From contig OX597820.1 of NCBI GenBank assembly GCA_951406725.2, positions 22,196,001 through 22,260,000 on the forward strand: DNA of 64,000 nucleotides. The letters run 5' to 3'. A program made the translations under genes and the position numbers. Source of the stretch: Octopus vulgaris. Taxonomy: Eukaryota. Every line of letters begins with the position of its first letter. Within the stretch, counting starts at the first letter, position 1. The notes beneath the pieces were generated by a model, which ran no database searches, was not told the origin of the DNA, and saw only the letters and a list, made by a program, of their open reading frames with translations. Shown here one piece after another: positions 12,981-26,364 of this stretch.

Positions 12981-13482
12981 TTATTGTTGCTGCCGCTGCT
13001 GCCTTGCCGATTATCTTTTATCTTCTATATTTTACTTGTTTCAATCATTGAAATGCGGCCATAATGGAGCACTTCCTGGAAGGGTTTTGGTCGAACAAAT
13101 GGACTCTAGTACCTTTATTCTATCACTCTCTTTTACCGAACCACTAAGTTGTGGGTATGTTAACAAACCAACATCGGTTATCAAGCCGTGTGAATGGGGA
13201 CAAATACAGACACTAAGACACACGCATACACATACGTGTGGGGGTAGGTGGGGTGGGGTGCGGTTGGGTGAGTGTGTGTGTATGTCTATATGTTTGTGTT
13301 TCTCTTCCCCACAATCGGCTGACAACCGATTTTAGTGTGTAACTTAGCGGTTCGGCAAAAGACCCCCGATAGAATAAGTACTAAACTTAAAAGAATAAGT
13401 CCTTGGGTCGATTTCTCCGACTAAAAAAAAAACCTTTAAAGTGCTCCAGCATGACCGTAGTCATGACTGAAATAAAAGAATA

Positions 13483-14160
13483 CAGGAGCGGCTGTGTGGT
13501 AACAAGCTTGCTTCTCAACCACATAATTCCGGGTTCAGTCCCACTGAGTGGCATGGTGGGTAAGTATCTTCTAATATAGTGTCGGGCCGACCAAATCCTT
13601 GTGAGTGGGTTTAGTAGGCGGGAACTGAAAGAAGCCCATCGTATATATATATGTGTGTATATACATATATATATATATGTGTGTGTGTGTTTGTACCCAC
13701 CCCCTCACCACTTGATAACCGGTGTTGATGTGTTTACGTCCCTGTAACATAGCAGTTCAGTACAAGAGAGTTGCTGAAGCATGGAACAAACTGCCGGCAT
13801 CAGTTGTTAGTTTTCGGAGCACTGCATCCTTCAAAACTTCCATGCTTCCTGAGATTCGCCAACACTACACTTGATTTTCTCCCCTCCATACACACACAAG
13901 CATGTATCTGACTCATACACTGTTCACTTTCCAGACATTTCTACATTACTGCATGTACTTTATATGCACTTTCTGACAAGTTGTGGAGCACCTGAGCACT
14001 GTATACAATAATTTCATTATTATTATTATATAAGAGGCTCATAGAATAAGTACCAGGCTTAAAAACTAAGTACCGGGGTCGATTCATTTGGCTAAAAATT
14101 CAAAGTGGTGCCCCAGCATGGCCGCATTCTAACGACTGAAACAGGTAAAATAAAAAGAAT
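13483..14160 (+). mobile_element. Diverged SINE family A interrupted by a CR1 3' end
   Basis: Head at 13483, tail at 14040-14160, CR1 fragment inserted at 13768-14030. Confidence 0.7.
13768..14030 (+). mobile_element. CR1-group LINE 3' end
   Basis: RVAEAWNKLPASVV..ASFKTSMLPEIRQHYT* plus 3' UTR CACCTGAGCACTGTA and (ATT)n tail; related to 43560 and 61452. Confidence 0.85.
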
Positions 14161-14177
14161 TACGTATATAATTCTAT

Positions 14178-14580
14178 AGGCGTAGGAGTGGCTGTGTGGT
14201 AAGTAGGTTGCTTACCAACCACATGGTTCCGGGTTCAGTCTCACAGCGTGGCACCTTGGACAAGTGTCTTCTACTATATATTTCTTTACTACCCACAAGG
14301 GACTAAACACAGAGGGGACAAACAAGGACAGACAAACGGAATAAGTCGATTACATCGAACCCAGTGCGTAACTGGTACTTTATTTATCGACCCCGAAAGG
14401 ATGAAAGGCAAAGTCGACCTCGGCGGAATATTGAACCCAGAACGTAATGGCAGACGAAATACCGCTAAGCATTTCGTCCCGCGTCCTAACGTTTCTGCCA
14501 GCCTCGGGCCGACCAAAGCCTTGTGAATGGATTTGCTCCAGCATGGCCACAGTCAAATGACTGAAACAAGTAAAGCGTAA
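14178..14580 (+). mobile_element. SINE family A split by an antisense Meta-type SINE (14281-14500)
   Basis: Family A sequence breaks at CTTCTACTATA and resumes at GCCTCGGGCC after the insert. Confidence 0.75.
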
Positions 14581-14662
14581 ACCCAACGAAACCCTAGCAC
14601 GAGTTTAGTAGCAACGCAATGCAGGGTAACTTGTAACTGGTTAAGAGTCTAAATGCACCATA

Positions 14663-15036
14663 GGAAGCACTCCGTCGGTTACGACGACGAGGGTTCCGGT
14701 TGATCCGAATCAACGTAACAGCCTGCTCGTGAAATTAACGTGTAAGTGGCTGAGCACTCCACAGACACGTGTACCCTTAACGTAATTCTCGGGGATATTC
14801 AGCGTGACACAGAGAGTGACCTTTGAAATACAAGTACAACAGAAACAGGAAGTAAGAGTGAGAGAAAGTTGTGGTGAAAGAGTACAGCAGGGATCACCAC
14901 CATCCCCTGCCGGAGCCTCGTGGAGCTTTAGGTATTTTCGCTCAATAAACACTCACAACGCCCGGTCTGGGAATCGAAACCGCGATCCTATGACCGCGAG
15001 TTCGCTGCCCTAACCATTGGGCCATTGCGCCTCCAC
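14663..15036 (-). mobile_element. SINE family C with RTE-like tail, 12-bp TSD AAATGCACCATA
   Basis: Near-identical to 7418-7801; TSD at 14651-14662 and 15037-15048. Confidence 0.88.
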
Positions 15037-15316
15037 AAATGCACCATATGCACATTAATACTCATTTGTCTTCGTCAAAAATTGACCGGCCACAGATGTT
15101 AGTGACAGTTATAAAAATGCAATTTCTTTTATTTTACGTAGAATTTACTTTCAATCGTATCTTTCCTTAGCGACCAGCAATAAAAAGGAAAAAAATCTTG
15201 TTCTGTTAGATTTGCAAATAATTCAATCTGCTAAATTTTATAACCGAAAAGCTTCTACTGCGAGCGCACGTGTGTGTCTGTGTGTGTGTACATGTGTATG
15301 AACATATATACATATA

Positions 15317-15421
<105 letters not shown>

Positions 15422-15551
15422 TTAAGGTGTGCTCTGTTAACGTATGAGTACAAGTAGAGCTCGTTCACACTTAGAATTCTCAAATAGTGATTAAAAAGCT
15501 ACCAAACCATACTTACTCTTCCTTATGGCTCTTTTGCTTTTTACTTTATAC

Positions 15552-15650
<99 letters not shown>

Positions 15651-15912
15651 TGTATGTATGTATGTATGTATGTATGTATATGATGTGTGTATGCGTGTGT
15701 GTGTCTGTGCAAATGTCGAACGATGAGATGTGTACTCAACACCGTGTTGGTGGATAAATATTCTTTGTTTGTGTATTAAGGCTACCATCGGTTTCATGCT
15801 GAGAAAATAGCTTAACAATTTTTCAAGCCGATCACATAGAGAAGTTGCGTTCGTCTCCATTTTGGATTAAAGCACGAAAAAAATAGACACACAAACACAT
15901 AAAAATACGATA

Positions 15913-16670
15913 GACTCTCCCGTCGGTTTCGATGTATGAGGATCCGGTAAACTACACTTTTTTGTTAGTCATAATGCTTATGTCGAATGTGACATTTAAG
16001 GTCTGCCAATGATTTACAAAGAAGCCTGCAGACATTGCAAGTACGAAGATTACTGGTCAGTGCAGGCGGTGTATTTGCTGTCGCTTCTCTCCTTAGTCTC
16101 TTGCATCACTTTGACATTTTCTTCGCTCCGGGATTGTATGCTCAAAGGTGCTGTGAGCTATATTGACTGCTGAGAGGTTACTCTTCAGCTTGTCCTTATA
16201 TCTAAGTTATGGTCGACCAACATTCCTGTGTTCACTGTCAAACTGATTGTACATGAAGACTTTGTGTATTCTTTCGTCATTCATTCTGACGACACGATCA
16301 GCCAAGTACAATTGCGACTGCGCAAGGAAGCTTTCGATTCCACCAATCTTACACTTGCTAAACAGGTCGACATTAGACACTCCGTCTTTCAGCATATAAC
16401 CGCGGATTGTCCTGAGACAGCCTTTGTGGAAGACATTTAGTTGGTTAATGTGTCACTCATAGGGTGTCCACGATTCCGAGCCATACAGGAGAGTAGTAAA
16501 AATGGAAGCTTTATAGACATGTATTTTGGTGTCAAGTTTAATACCTCTTTAATTCCATAGGCGATGACGTAGTTTGCCAAACGCGCTGGTAGCTGTCGCA
16601 AGACAGTTGACGATTTCATCATCAAGGGTTCACTTTACTACCAGGAGATGTAAATGATTTCACATACTTT
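15913..16670 (-). mobile_element. Degenerate RTE-clade LINE 3' portion
   Basis: Translates to SAFGKLRHRLWN..TKIHVYKASIFTTLLYGSESWT..VSNVDLFSKCKIGGIES..VVRMNDERIHK..RNVGRP.LRYKDKLK, typical of the RTE/BovB RT C-terminus. Confidence 0.8.
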
Positions 16671-16696
16671 AGAGTTTTCCTATCAATTTGTATAGG

Positions 16697-17060
16697 AATT
16701 TCGTCTGCCGTTACGTTCTAAGTTCAAATTCCGCCGAGGTCGACTTTGCCTTTCATCCTTTCGGGGTCGATTAAATAAGTACCAGTTACGCACTGGGGTC
16801 GATATAATCGACTTAATTCATTTGTCTGTCCTTGTTTGTCCCCTCTACGTTTAGCCCCTTGTGGGTAGTAAAGAAATAGGTATTTCGTCTGACGTTACGT
16901 TCTGAGTTCAAATTCCGCCGAGGTCGACTTTGCTTTCATCCTTTCGGGGTCGATAAATAAAGTACCAGTTTCGCACTGGGGTCGATGCAATCGACTTAAT
17001 CCATTTGTCTGTCCTTGTTTGTCCCCTCTATGTTTAGCCCCTTGTGGGCAATAAAGAAAT
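16697..17060 (+). mobile_element. Head-to-tail dimer of Meta-type SINE (family B)
   Basis: Two ~183-bp units joined at AAAGAAATAG|GTATTTCGTCTG; Meta-like core GTCGACTTTGCCTTTCATCCTTTCGGGGTCGAT..AAGTACCAG. Confidence 0.85.
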
Positions 17061-17379
17061 ATATATGTATATATCCACATGTGCGGGTCTTTGTGTCTCT
17101 CAACACCGCTTGACAACTGGTTTGTTTTTGTGCCCGTAACTTAGTGGTTCGGTAATAAGAAACTGCTAGAATAAGTTCCAAACTTTAAGATAGGTCCTGA
17201 GGTCGATTTGTTTGACTGAAAACCTTGAAGGCGGTTCCCATGCACGACCACAGTTCGATGGCTGAAACAAATAAATTACAAAAGTATGGATATAACAAAA
17301 ATAGGCTGGAGAGTTTTAAATCATAGGTTTATCCAAACAGAGCTAAGATACATCTAAACAAAAACAACGAACCTAATAA

Positions 17380-17750
17380 TTCTTTCTGTTAATGGCACAA
17401 GGCCAGAAATTTTAAGGAAGGAGACTAAGTTGATTACATCGACCTCAATGCTCAATTGATACTTAATCTGTTGACCCCGTAAGTATAAAAGACAAAGCTG
17501 ACCGCGGCTGAATTTGAACCCAAGACATCAGGAACCGGAAGAAATATAGCTAAGCATTTTATCCGACTCGCTAACTATTCTGCCAGCTCGCTACCTTTTC
17601 AATAATGACAATAATCCTTTCCACTATAGGCACAAGGCCTGAAATTTGGGGAGAGGGGTATAATCGATTATATCGACCCCAGTACACAACTGGTACTTAT
17701 TTCATCGACCCCGAAAGGATGATATGGCAAAGTCGACCTCGACGGAATTA
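17380..17750 (-). mobile_element. Two diverged Meta-type SINE copies
   Basis: GACCCCGAAAGGATGA..AAGTCGACCTC cores and GGCACAAGGCCwGAAATTT tails. Confidence 0.6.
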
Positions 17751-17820
17751 ATTAATTAATTAATGGATAGATAGACAGACAAACAGACAGACAGGCTGAC
17801 AAGCAGACAGACAGACAGAC

Positions 17821-17919
<99 letters not shown>

Positions 17920-17924
17920 CAGAC

Positions 17925-18028
<104 letters not shown>

Positions 18029-18712
18029 GGACGGACGGACGGACGGACGGATGGATGGATCGATCGATCGATTGATAGGTGCATAGGTGTGTGAATTGGT
18101 GAATAGATGATGGTTTTACATCAGTGACCGTACTTTTACGAGTAAATTCTCTCATCGCCATTTCAGCAAGCACGATAAAAACTACGATTCATTGAAGATC
18201 TCTAATTATTTGGGACACATGTCTTAATACCATCTTCTACATGTCGAAATCATTTTAATAAAAGTCATTGCGCTAGTGGTGTGTTTTCCTCAACACAAAA
18301 ATCTTTTTTAAGGAGTATTTAATGCTCACACCAGCATCAATGAGATTTCAAAAAAGAAAAACGAAAAATACCAAGGGAGGCTATTCAAGAATTATAATAC
18401 TGAGTAATGTCCCTTATACCTGCATCGGTAACTTTTTTTTTACATATATATACGTCCGTAAAACATACTACTTGTATATTTTTAGTACCACGCCATCAAA
18501 TTAAACTGCGTTTCGTGTGTATTTTTTGTAAAATTGAATTTGCCTGATTAAACAAAGGTGCTTATTTTGTTATTTTACTTCTTTACTGCGAGTGACGTAA
18601 TAAACATTAAAATAGTGCCTGAAAGTTGGTAAGAAATAATATACTTAAACACACACACGTACACAAACACACATACATACATGCACACACACATATACAC
18701 ACCTATATATAT

Positions 18713-18797
<85 letters not shown>

Positions 18798-19514
18798 CAT
18801 ATGTATATATCTGTGTGTGTGTATGTACATGTATGTATAATGTTCTTGTCTTTTTACTCCGTTTTTTTAATCAACAATGTACATATCGTTATATATATAT
18901 ATATATATATAGTTCTAAAATCTCTAAATGAGATATAAGTTGTAACAATACTAGATGCTAACGTTTTTTGTTTTTGTGGCAAAAAAAAACAAAACAAAAA
19001 ACAAAGAAGTGTGTGTGTGTGTCTGTCTGTCTGTCTGTCTGCTTGTCTGTCTGTCTGCCTGCCCCCCCCCCCCACCATCGCTTGATAACCGATGTTGGTG
19101 TGTTTACGTCCCCGTAACTTAGCGGTTCGACAATAGACACCGATAGAATAAGTACTAGGCTTACAAAGAATAAGTCCTGGGCTCGATTTGCTCGACTAAA
19201 GGCGGTGCTGCAGCATGGCCACAGGCAAATGGCTGAAACAAGTAAAAGAGTAAAAAGAGAGAGAGGATATTTTTTTTTCTTAACATGAAATGGTTATGTG
19301 GATCCAGGAGGGTGAAATAGGAATCAAAGAGATCCACGAGCAAAAACTGATTGAGAACTACTGGTTTAACTCTTAGCCTGTTCTGTGTATTATATGTGAT
19401 ACACACGACATATTTCCTGGCATCGTGCATCATGTGATACACATTCCCAACTTTTTTCAACACAGTACGTGGTAGAAATTTTGTTTTAATTTCAGAGCAG
19501 TATTCAAACCAGAT

Positions 19515-19765
19515 GTGGAGGTGCGTGGCTTAGTGGTTAGGGCGTCAGCACCATAATCGTAAGATTGTGATTTCGATTTCTGGACCGGGCGATGCGTTGT
19601 GTTCTTGAGCAAAACACTTCATTTCACGTTGCTCCAGTCCACTCAGCTGGCAAAAATGAGTGACGCTGCGATGGACTGGCGTCCCATCCAGCTTAGGAAC
19701 ACATACGCCATAGGAACCGGGAAACTGGGCCCATGAGCCTGGTTAGGCTTTAAAAGGGCGCATTT
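19515..19765 (+). mobile_element. tRNA-derived SINE family D (CORE-like plus V-like domain)
   Basis: tRNA head, TTCTTGAGCAAAACACTT, then CTGCGATGGACTGGCGTCCC..AACCGGGAAAC; near-identical copy at 54606. Confidence 0.82.
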
Positions 19766-19918
19766 ATTATTTTTTTTTATTCAAACCAGATATGAATTTT
19801 AATACATGAGTGAAACCACATATGAGTTTTAAAACATGAGTAAACTATAATCGACATTTCTTTCTTTTTTTTCTTTGGTTGGCTTCTTTTTGTTTCATTT
19901 TTTGTTGTTTTTTTCTTG

Positions 19919-19991
<73 letters not shown>

Positions 19992-20386
19992 ATATGTATG
20001 TATGTTTGTATATATATCTGATTTTATTTGTTATTCCCCGTATATCCTAGTTATTCAGTGGGAGTATTTGAAAGGAAATAGTTTCGAAATTGGAAAAAAC
20101 CCAAAGAAAAATCGCAATATTATTACTCTGATGTCTGTAAATGTATGAACCAGCGAAATGCCATAAGAATATTATACAGAATAATAAGGAAACTATTGTA
20201 ATGGATGTTTCTTTGTTAGATTTGCCAGCAGACAAATTATAGAAATTCCAACAGAATTATTTACCATCGACCTAAAATAATATGTAATATATCTTTTACG
20301 ATCCGGTTTTAACGTTCATATACAGATAGCTGTGTTGTATGTCTACATATATAAGCACGTATGTATGTGTGTTTGGCGTGTATGTA

Positions 20387-20441
<55 letters not shown>

Positions 20442-21189
20442 GTTAAGGTGTTGCACTCACGATCTCTAGATCGCAGGTCGTGAGATCGATTCCTGGACCG
20501 GGCGGCGCGTTGTGTTCTTTAGCAAAACACTTAATTTCACATTGGTTTAATCCCCGTTTCGATCGGAAGTGACTGGGGTGATGTTGGCCTGTTCGCCTAA
20601 TCAGTGGTATGGCGTCTTTCTATGGAGACAAAAGGGTGTATAAGACTGAAAAAAAGTGCTCAAATAAAATTGACACAGAGGTAAAAAAAGAAAAAAAAAG
20701 AACATTGGTAAGAGGACAAACATGAAATTCGGGCTAACGAATTTATATAACACCACGCTTCCATACATTTGATCATATATAAATATTACCATGGCTTTTA
20801 ACATATAAAAATAATACATATATAAAAAAACACAGGCGATAAAAAATATATATGCAAATAAAAATACAAATAAACAGAACGGCCTATCAAGAAGGTACAT
20901 ACAATCGACTAAAAATAAAGCAATCCAAATGAATTACTAAAGCGTGTCAGACGACTAAAGATCTAAATAAAAATATGAATCGACTAAAAATTTTTCTACT
21001 CCCCTCAAAAATATGCCAAAAGTTCGTTTCATAAAAACCATGGTAGGTTGAAGTCCGGGGCGTAAGAGAATTCCACAAAATCAAGTCAAAACTCAAAACA
21101 CATCTATCACTGCCGCGATTCGATTACGAGTTAAGGTGCATCTCGGCAATGACCCCCTCTTCAGGATGAACAGGAATCACAATTAGTCG

Positions 21190-21249
<60 letters not shown>

Positions 21250-21250
<1 letters not shown>

Positions 21251-21847
21251 GTGGAGGCGCAATGACCCAGCGATTAGGGCAGTGGACTCGATTCCCAGAC
21301 CGGGCGTTGTGAGTGTTTATTGAGCGAAGACACCTAAAGCAGGAGGGGGTGATCCCTGCTGTACTCTTTCACCACAACTTTCTCTCACTCTTTCTTCTAT
21401 TGGCCTGCTCGCTTAGCCAGCGGAGTGGCGTCATTGAAGGCTAAAACAATGTGAAGTGCATTGTGACCAGCGATGTGTAGCAACATCTGATTGCCTGGTC
21501 GGTCACGTGATATTATTCACGTGATATATATATATATATATACTTAACTCGTATATATACATATATATAAAGGTGGAGGCGCAATGGCCCAGTGGTTACG
21601 GCAGCGGACCCGCGGTCGGAGGATGGCGGTTTCGATTCCCAGACCGGGCGTTATGAGTGTTTATTGAGCGAAAACACCTAAAGCTCCACGAGGCTTCGGC
21701 ACGGCGTGGTGGCGATCCCTGCTGTACTCCTTCGCCACAACTTTCTCTCACTCTTTCTTCTTTTGTCATTTGACGGCTAAAACAATGCGAAGCGCATTGT
21801 GACCAGCGATGTGTAGCAACATCTGATAGCCTGGTCGGTCACGTGAT

Positions 21848-21855
<8 letters not shown>
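21250..21855 (+). mobile_element. Two tandem SINE family C copies with alternative tail 3, embedded in (TA)n
   Basis: Copies at ~21250-21525 and ~21572-21855, both preceded by TATATAAAG and ending GGTCGGTCACGTGAT..(TA)n. Confidence 0.8.
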
Positions 21856-21891
<36 letters not shown>

Positions 21892-22475
21892 ATTAAAAGT
21901 AAAAGAATAAAAGATACATACATACATACATACATACATACATACGACAGGCTTCTTTCAGTTTCTATCTACCAAACCAACTCACAAGGTTTGCTATAGC
22001 AGAAGACACTTGCCGAATGGACCACGCAGTAGTATTGAACCCAAGATCATATGGTTAGGAAGCAAGCTTCTTGACCACACAACCATGCCAATAGCCACAT
22101 GTTCATTTGCATTCCTCGTTGTTAACATTTCAGCATTCATTTTACCTTCCATGCTAAAACGTATCAGCCGAAATAATATTCTAAGGAGTGTCTGCGAACT
22201 TGACATCGTGCCAAAATAACATCCAGGCTGTTATCATCATATGCTGCGAAGAACAAGTTCAGACAACAAATGCTAGCACTGAAATCGCTTCCTAAAGTAA
22301 AGTAGACCATCGTGAGATGTTTTTGTAATGTTAAATGATAACCAGATATGCTTACGCTAGAATGAACGTGAAAACAAGGCGCTAAAATAAGTCAATTTAG
22401 AATGGAGAAATGAAAACATACCCAACATCAACTATCACTAAAATAGAATAATATAACACACATAACACACACACT

Positions 22476-22545
<70 letters not shown>

Positions 22546-22663
22546 CACACACCTAGAAACACAGACAAAAACAAACCCACACACCCACGCATACAACCAC
22601 TCTACAAACACACACCTACACACGCACTTACACGTACTCACTCTTACAAACATGGAAAAGCTC

Positions 22664-22730
<67 letters not shown>

Positions 22731-22731
<1 letters not shown>

Positions 22732-23288
22732 GCCTTGATGCAGTACCAGGCAGTGGCTCTCATGGCTTCTGATCTTAACTGATTGGAAGTGTTATCATGT
22801 ACATTGTTTTGTCTTGGTATAAAAGATGGGCTACAGCAAATATTCTGCTCAATACCACAGATTTGCTTGTCAGTTGTTTGACCTTAACCAGTTGAGCATG
22901 TCCCTTAGTGGCTGACGATATGTGCATCTCTGATCACGAGCAGAAGTAGTGGGGGAGCATCATAGCCATGTGTTGAGAGGGATTCTTTGGGGTTTGAATA
23001 GTTCACCTCTGGAAACATGGGTGGTTCTTTCAACATCCTTAAACAACCCTTATTCAGGGACCGTTTGAGCGGGATGGACTACTCAACCTGAAGAAAATTC
23101 TAACTGGGCCCCACCTGCAAGGTCATGTGCTGTTTATCTTGATATGAGATCACCATGTCGCGCACATATGGTTGTGATGCATGTGCCTGGTGTACCTTTA
23201 TCAGACGGGTAATCATGATGGGTATATTGGGCTTCATATATTTTACCCCAGTGTCACTTTGATGGTATGAACTGCTCTCTCACTCAAT
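22731..23288. mobile_element. ~555-bp non-coding element inserted in a (TAA)n tract (possibly R4/Dong-type LINE 3' region)
   Basis: Complex sequence bounded on both sides by pure (AAT)n; no ORF. Family assignment is inferred from the target only. Confidence 0.45.
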
Positions 23289-23334
23289 AATAATAATGAT
23301 AATAATAATGATAATGATAATAATAATAATGATA

Positions 23335-23652
23335 ATAATGAAATTATAGTATACAGTGCTCAGGTGCACCACAACTTGTCAAAAATGCGTATAAAGCATA
23401 TGCGGTAATGTGCAAATGTCTGGAAAGTGAACAGTGTATGAGTCAGATACATGCTTGCGTGTGTATGGAGGGGAGAAAATCAGGTGTAGTGTTGGCGAAT
23501 CTCAGGAAGCATGGAAGTTTTGAAGGATGCAGTGCTCCGACAACTAACAACTGATGCCGGCAGTTTGTTCCATACCTCAGCAACTCTTGGCGTGAAAAAA
23601 TGTTTCCGAAAGTCATGGGAGCTGTGCTGTTTTCTGACTTTGTAAACATGTC
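23335..23652 (-). mobile_element. CR1-group LINE 3' end
   Basis: HVYKVRKQHSSHDFRKHFFTPRVAEVWNKLPASVV..IRQHYT*, 3' UTR and (ATT)n tail. Confidence 0.85.
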
Positions 23653-23967
23653 TTAATATTGATTTAACTCCAGGCCAGAATGAATGAATTTCTGTATGGT
23701 CACTCGAACTACTAGAAATAACAGTAAAATGATCCTCAAACTGCATCTTATGAAGTATTAAAAAACAAAAGAAGAAAACAGCAACGAACGTATTGGGTGA
23801 TGTAGTCTTTAATACACGGTGTCCGCAAAATTAAATGAATTCGACCGGTTGGTGATGTGTAGGATATCTTTGATCGTGGATCTGCTCCATAAGGAGTCAG
23901 GTTGGGCTAAACAACAGCAATCACAGCAACAACATAATATTGGTTTCACTACACAGTCTTTATTAGA

Positions 23968-24405
23968 GGGGGGAAGGGGAAGAGGAGGACGTGGTGGTGG
24001 TGGTGGTGGTGGTGGTGGTGGTGGAGAAGGAGGGGAGGAGGGGGAGGAGGAGAGGGGAAGAGGGAAGGAGGATAGGCAAGTGTGGAAAGATGAACAAGAG
24101 AAGCAAAAGGGGTAAGATGGAGAGCATGAGGAGGAGGAGGAGGAGGAAGGGGGCGGAGAGGAGGAGGAAGGGGCGGAGAGGAGGAGGAGGACAACGACGA
24201 CGACGACGAGGACGATGACGATCAAGAGGAAGCAGCGGATGAAGAGGAGCAAGAGAAGAAGAAGGAGCAAGATGAGAAGGATGAGTAGCAAGAGGAAGGG
24301 CAGGAGGAGCAAGAGCAAGAGGATGAGAGGCAAGAGCAAGAGGAGAAGCAAGAGGAGAAGCAGGAGAAGAAGGAGAGTGAGGAGAAAGAAGACCAGAGAA
24401 GGAGA
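23968..24405 (+). repeat. Purine-rich compound triplet tract (GGT/GGA/GAC/GAA/CAA)
   Basis: Low-complexity sequence. Confidence 0.8.
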
Positions 24406-25315
24406 GAACTTAATGTTTAAACGTTTCGCTAACGTTCAGCCTCCATACTTTTTTTCGTTGACACAAGACGACTGACTGAAGATGGAGAAGGAACGGAGTG
24501 ATTTTTACCACAGTCCTCGGAGCGGCACCAAATGATGCAACTTGTGACGCTCTGAGAAAAAGCAGCAGCTGTTTTTTTTTGTTTTGTTTTTTTGCTTCCT
24601 AAGATGCAAAATCGCTTTTTCTCTTTCTCTGCCTTTCCACCTCCTTTGGACACAAAACCCTGAAATAAAACTTACCGCTACACTTGTAATAGCTGGACTT
24701 TCAGCTTCACACTGCCAGTTTTTTTCACAATGAAGAACAGCTCTGGAATACTTTAGTAGTCTTTCTGGGTCATTAATGCTTGCATGTCTAATTAACGGAC
24801 CGAACTCGACCTCCTGCAATTTTTTATCACTTCGACACTCACCTTTTATCTGTACTGAAAAGATAATGTCGACCCAAAGGTTAATGCCGCAGGCAATGTT
24901 CTTTGCTGTGACGGTCATGTTGTGTCTTTCCATGTATTGTGGAATTAGTTTATGGACACTAGACATACGCTTTGCCCTCAATTTCCTGGTCACTGTCTTC
25001 CTGGTTATCTTAGTCAATGGTTTCCTGATCGTCGTCTCAAGATAGTATGGACGGTGTCCTTCGCTGAGTCCGGAGTTGCTACTAGTATTTCTTCGTGAAC
25101 AGCAGTGAACAGTGTCTCACCACAACGTCCTGCTATTACTGTTGCTGTCTGTATTGTTCCTTACCTTTCAGCTTCTTTAACACTTCTGAGCAGAAAGCAC
25201 TTAAGCGGACATTCCTGACGTATATATACTAACTAGACTATTCCTCCTACTCTGTATGTAGTAACTGCTCTATTCCTCTAATCTTAAACAGTAGCATAGC
25301 TAGGGTGGATACAGG

Positions 25316-25550
25316 AGGGCGGCGAGCTGGCAGAATCGTTAGCACACCGGGCGAAATGCTTAGCAGTATTTCGTCTGCCGCTACGTTCTGAGTTCAAATT
25401 CCGCCGAGGTCGACTTTGCCTTTCATCCTTTCGGGGTCGATTAAATAAGTACCAGTTACGCACTGGGGTCGATATAATCGACTTAATCTGTTTGTCGGTC
25501 CTTGTTTGTCATCTCTGTGTTTAGCCCCTTGTGGGTAGTAAAGAAATAGG
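25316..25550 (+). mobile_element. Full-length Meta-type SINE (family B) with probable TSD AGGGTGGrTACAGGA
   Basis: Head GGCGGCGAGCTGGCAGAATCGTTAG, B-box GAGTTCAAATTCC, Meta core; AGGGTGGATACAGGA (25302) and AGGGTGGGTACAGGA (25548) flank it. Confidence 0.88.
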
Positions 25551-26364
25551 GTGGGTACAGGAAGCCGTCTGCCCCAGGAGATGCTTCTATAGGGCAGCTC
25601 TTTTGGATCTACTGTATAAGCCTGTATAGGCTCGAGGGCCCGGAAGGGAGGATAACTCAAGGGCTGCCTCTGGCGGCACATTATCTACGCCATTGATCTT
25701 AAAGTTTTTCTCTCCAAAATCGAGTTGTTGTCTTCGTGTGCTATCAGAACTTATATGTCAGTAGAAAGCCCTACACCAGCCCTCACCACCTGCCCATATT
25801 GTGTGACAAACTTGACAATGGACTAAGAGTAACGTCAGCCCGACGACTATCACGGCGACTCGTATTTCTTCGCTTCGTATTTTGGTGGATTAGTTTATGA
25901 ACAGAATCCTGACGTCCATGCTCACCTTGCCTCATGAACACGTTCTCGGTTTTAAACAGGACACAAATAAATCTATATAACAAGCCCTACCCAGTAGACG
26001 AGATCTCGTGTCACGTATCAGCAAAGCTGTCTTTAACTGACCTTTTGATAACACAAAGAAGGGCTCTATATCATTAGAAATACACAATTAAGTCGCTTCC
26101 CTCTGTCGTTTCTCACGCTTGTGTGATGGCTTCAGGTAAAACGCAGTTGTTTGTTTTGGTAGCAAAGTGTTGGCAAACACTCTCGTCTTTCAGTTACATG
26201 GGCCATATCTAGAGTTCGTCTCTTGCTTGTAATGTCAGCAACGCTCGCTTCTAGGTTACTGAAATTGTGTGACTGACATCAGAAATTTCAGGAATATTCT
26301 CATAAGGCAAAATGCATGCGTCTAGTGGTAATAGCTGCAGTAGTAGCAGCGACAGCAGCAGCTC

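Noticed and set aside
24215-24475. Protamine-like Arg/Lys/Ser-rich ORF (MTIKRKQRMKRSKRRRRSK..)
   Set aside because: It is one frame of a GAG/GAA/CAA purine tract that is open in several frames, with Arg almost only AGR codons; no promoter or polyA support. Testis RNA-seq would be needed to rescue it.
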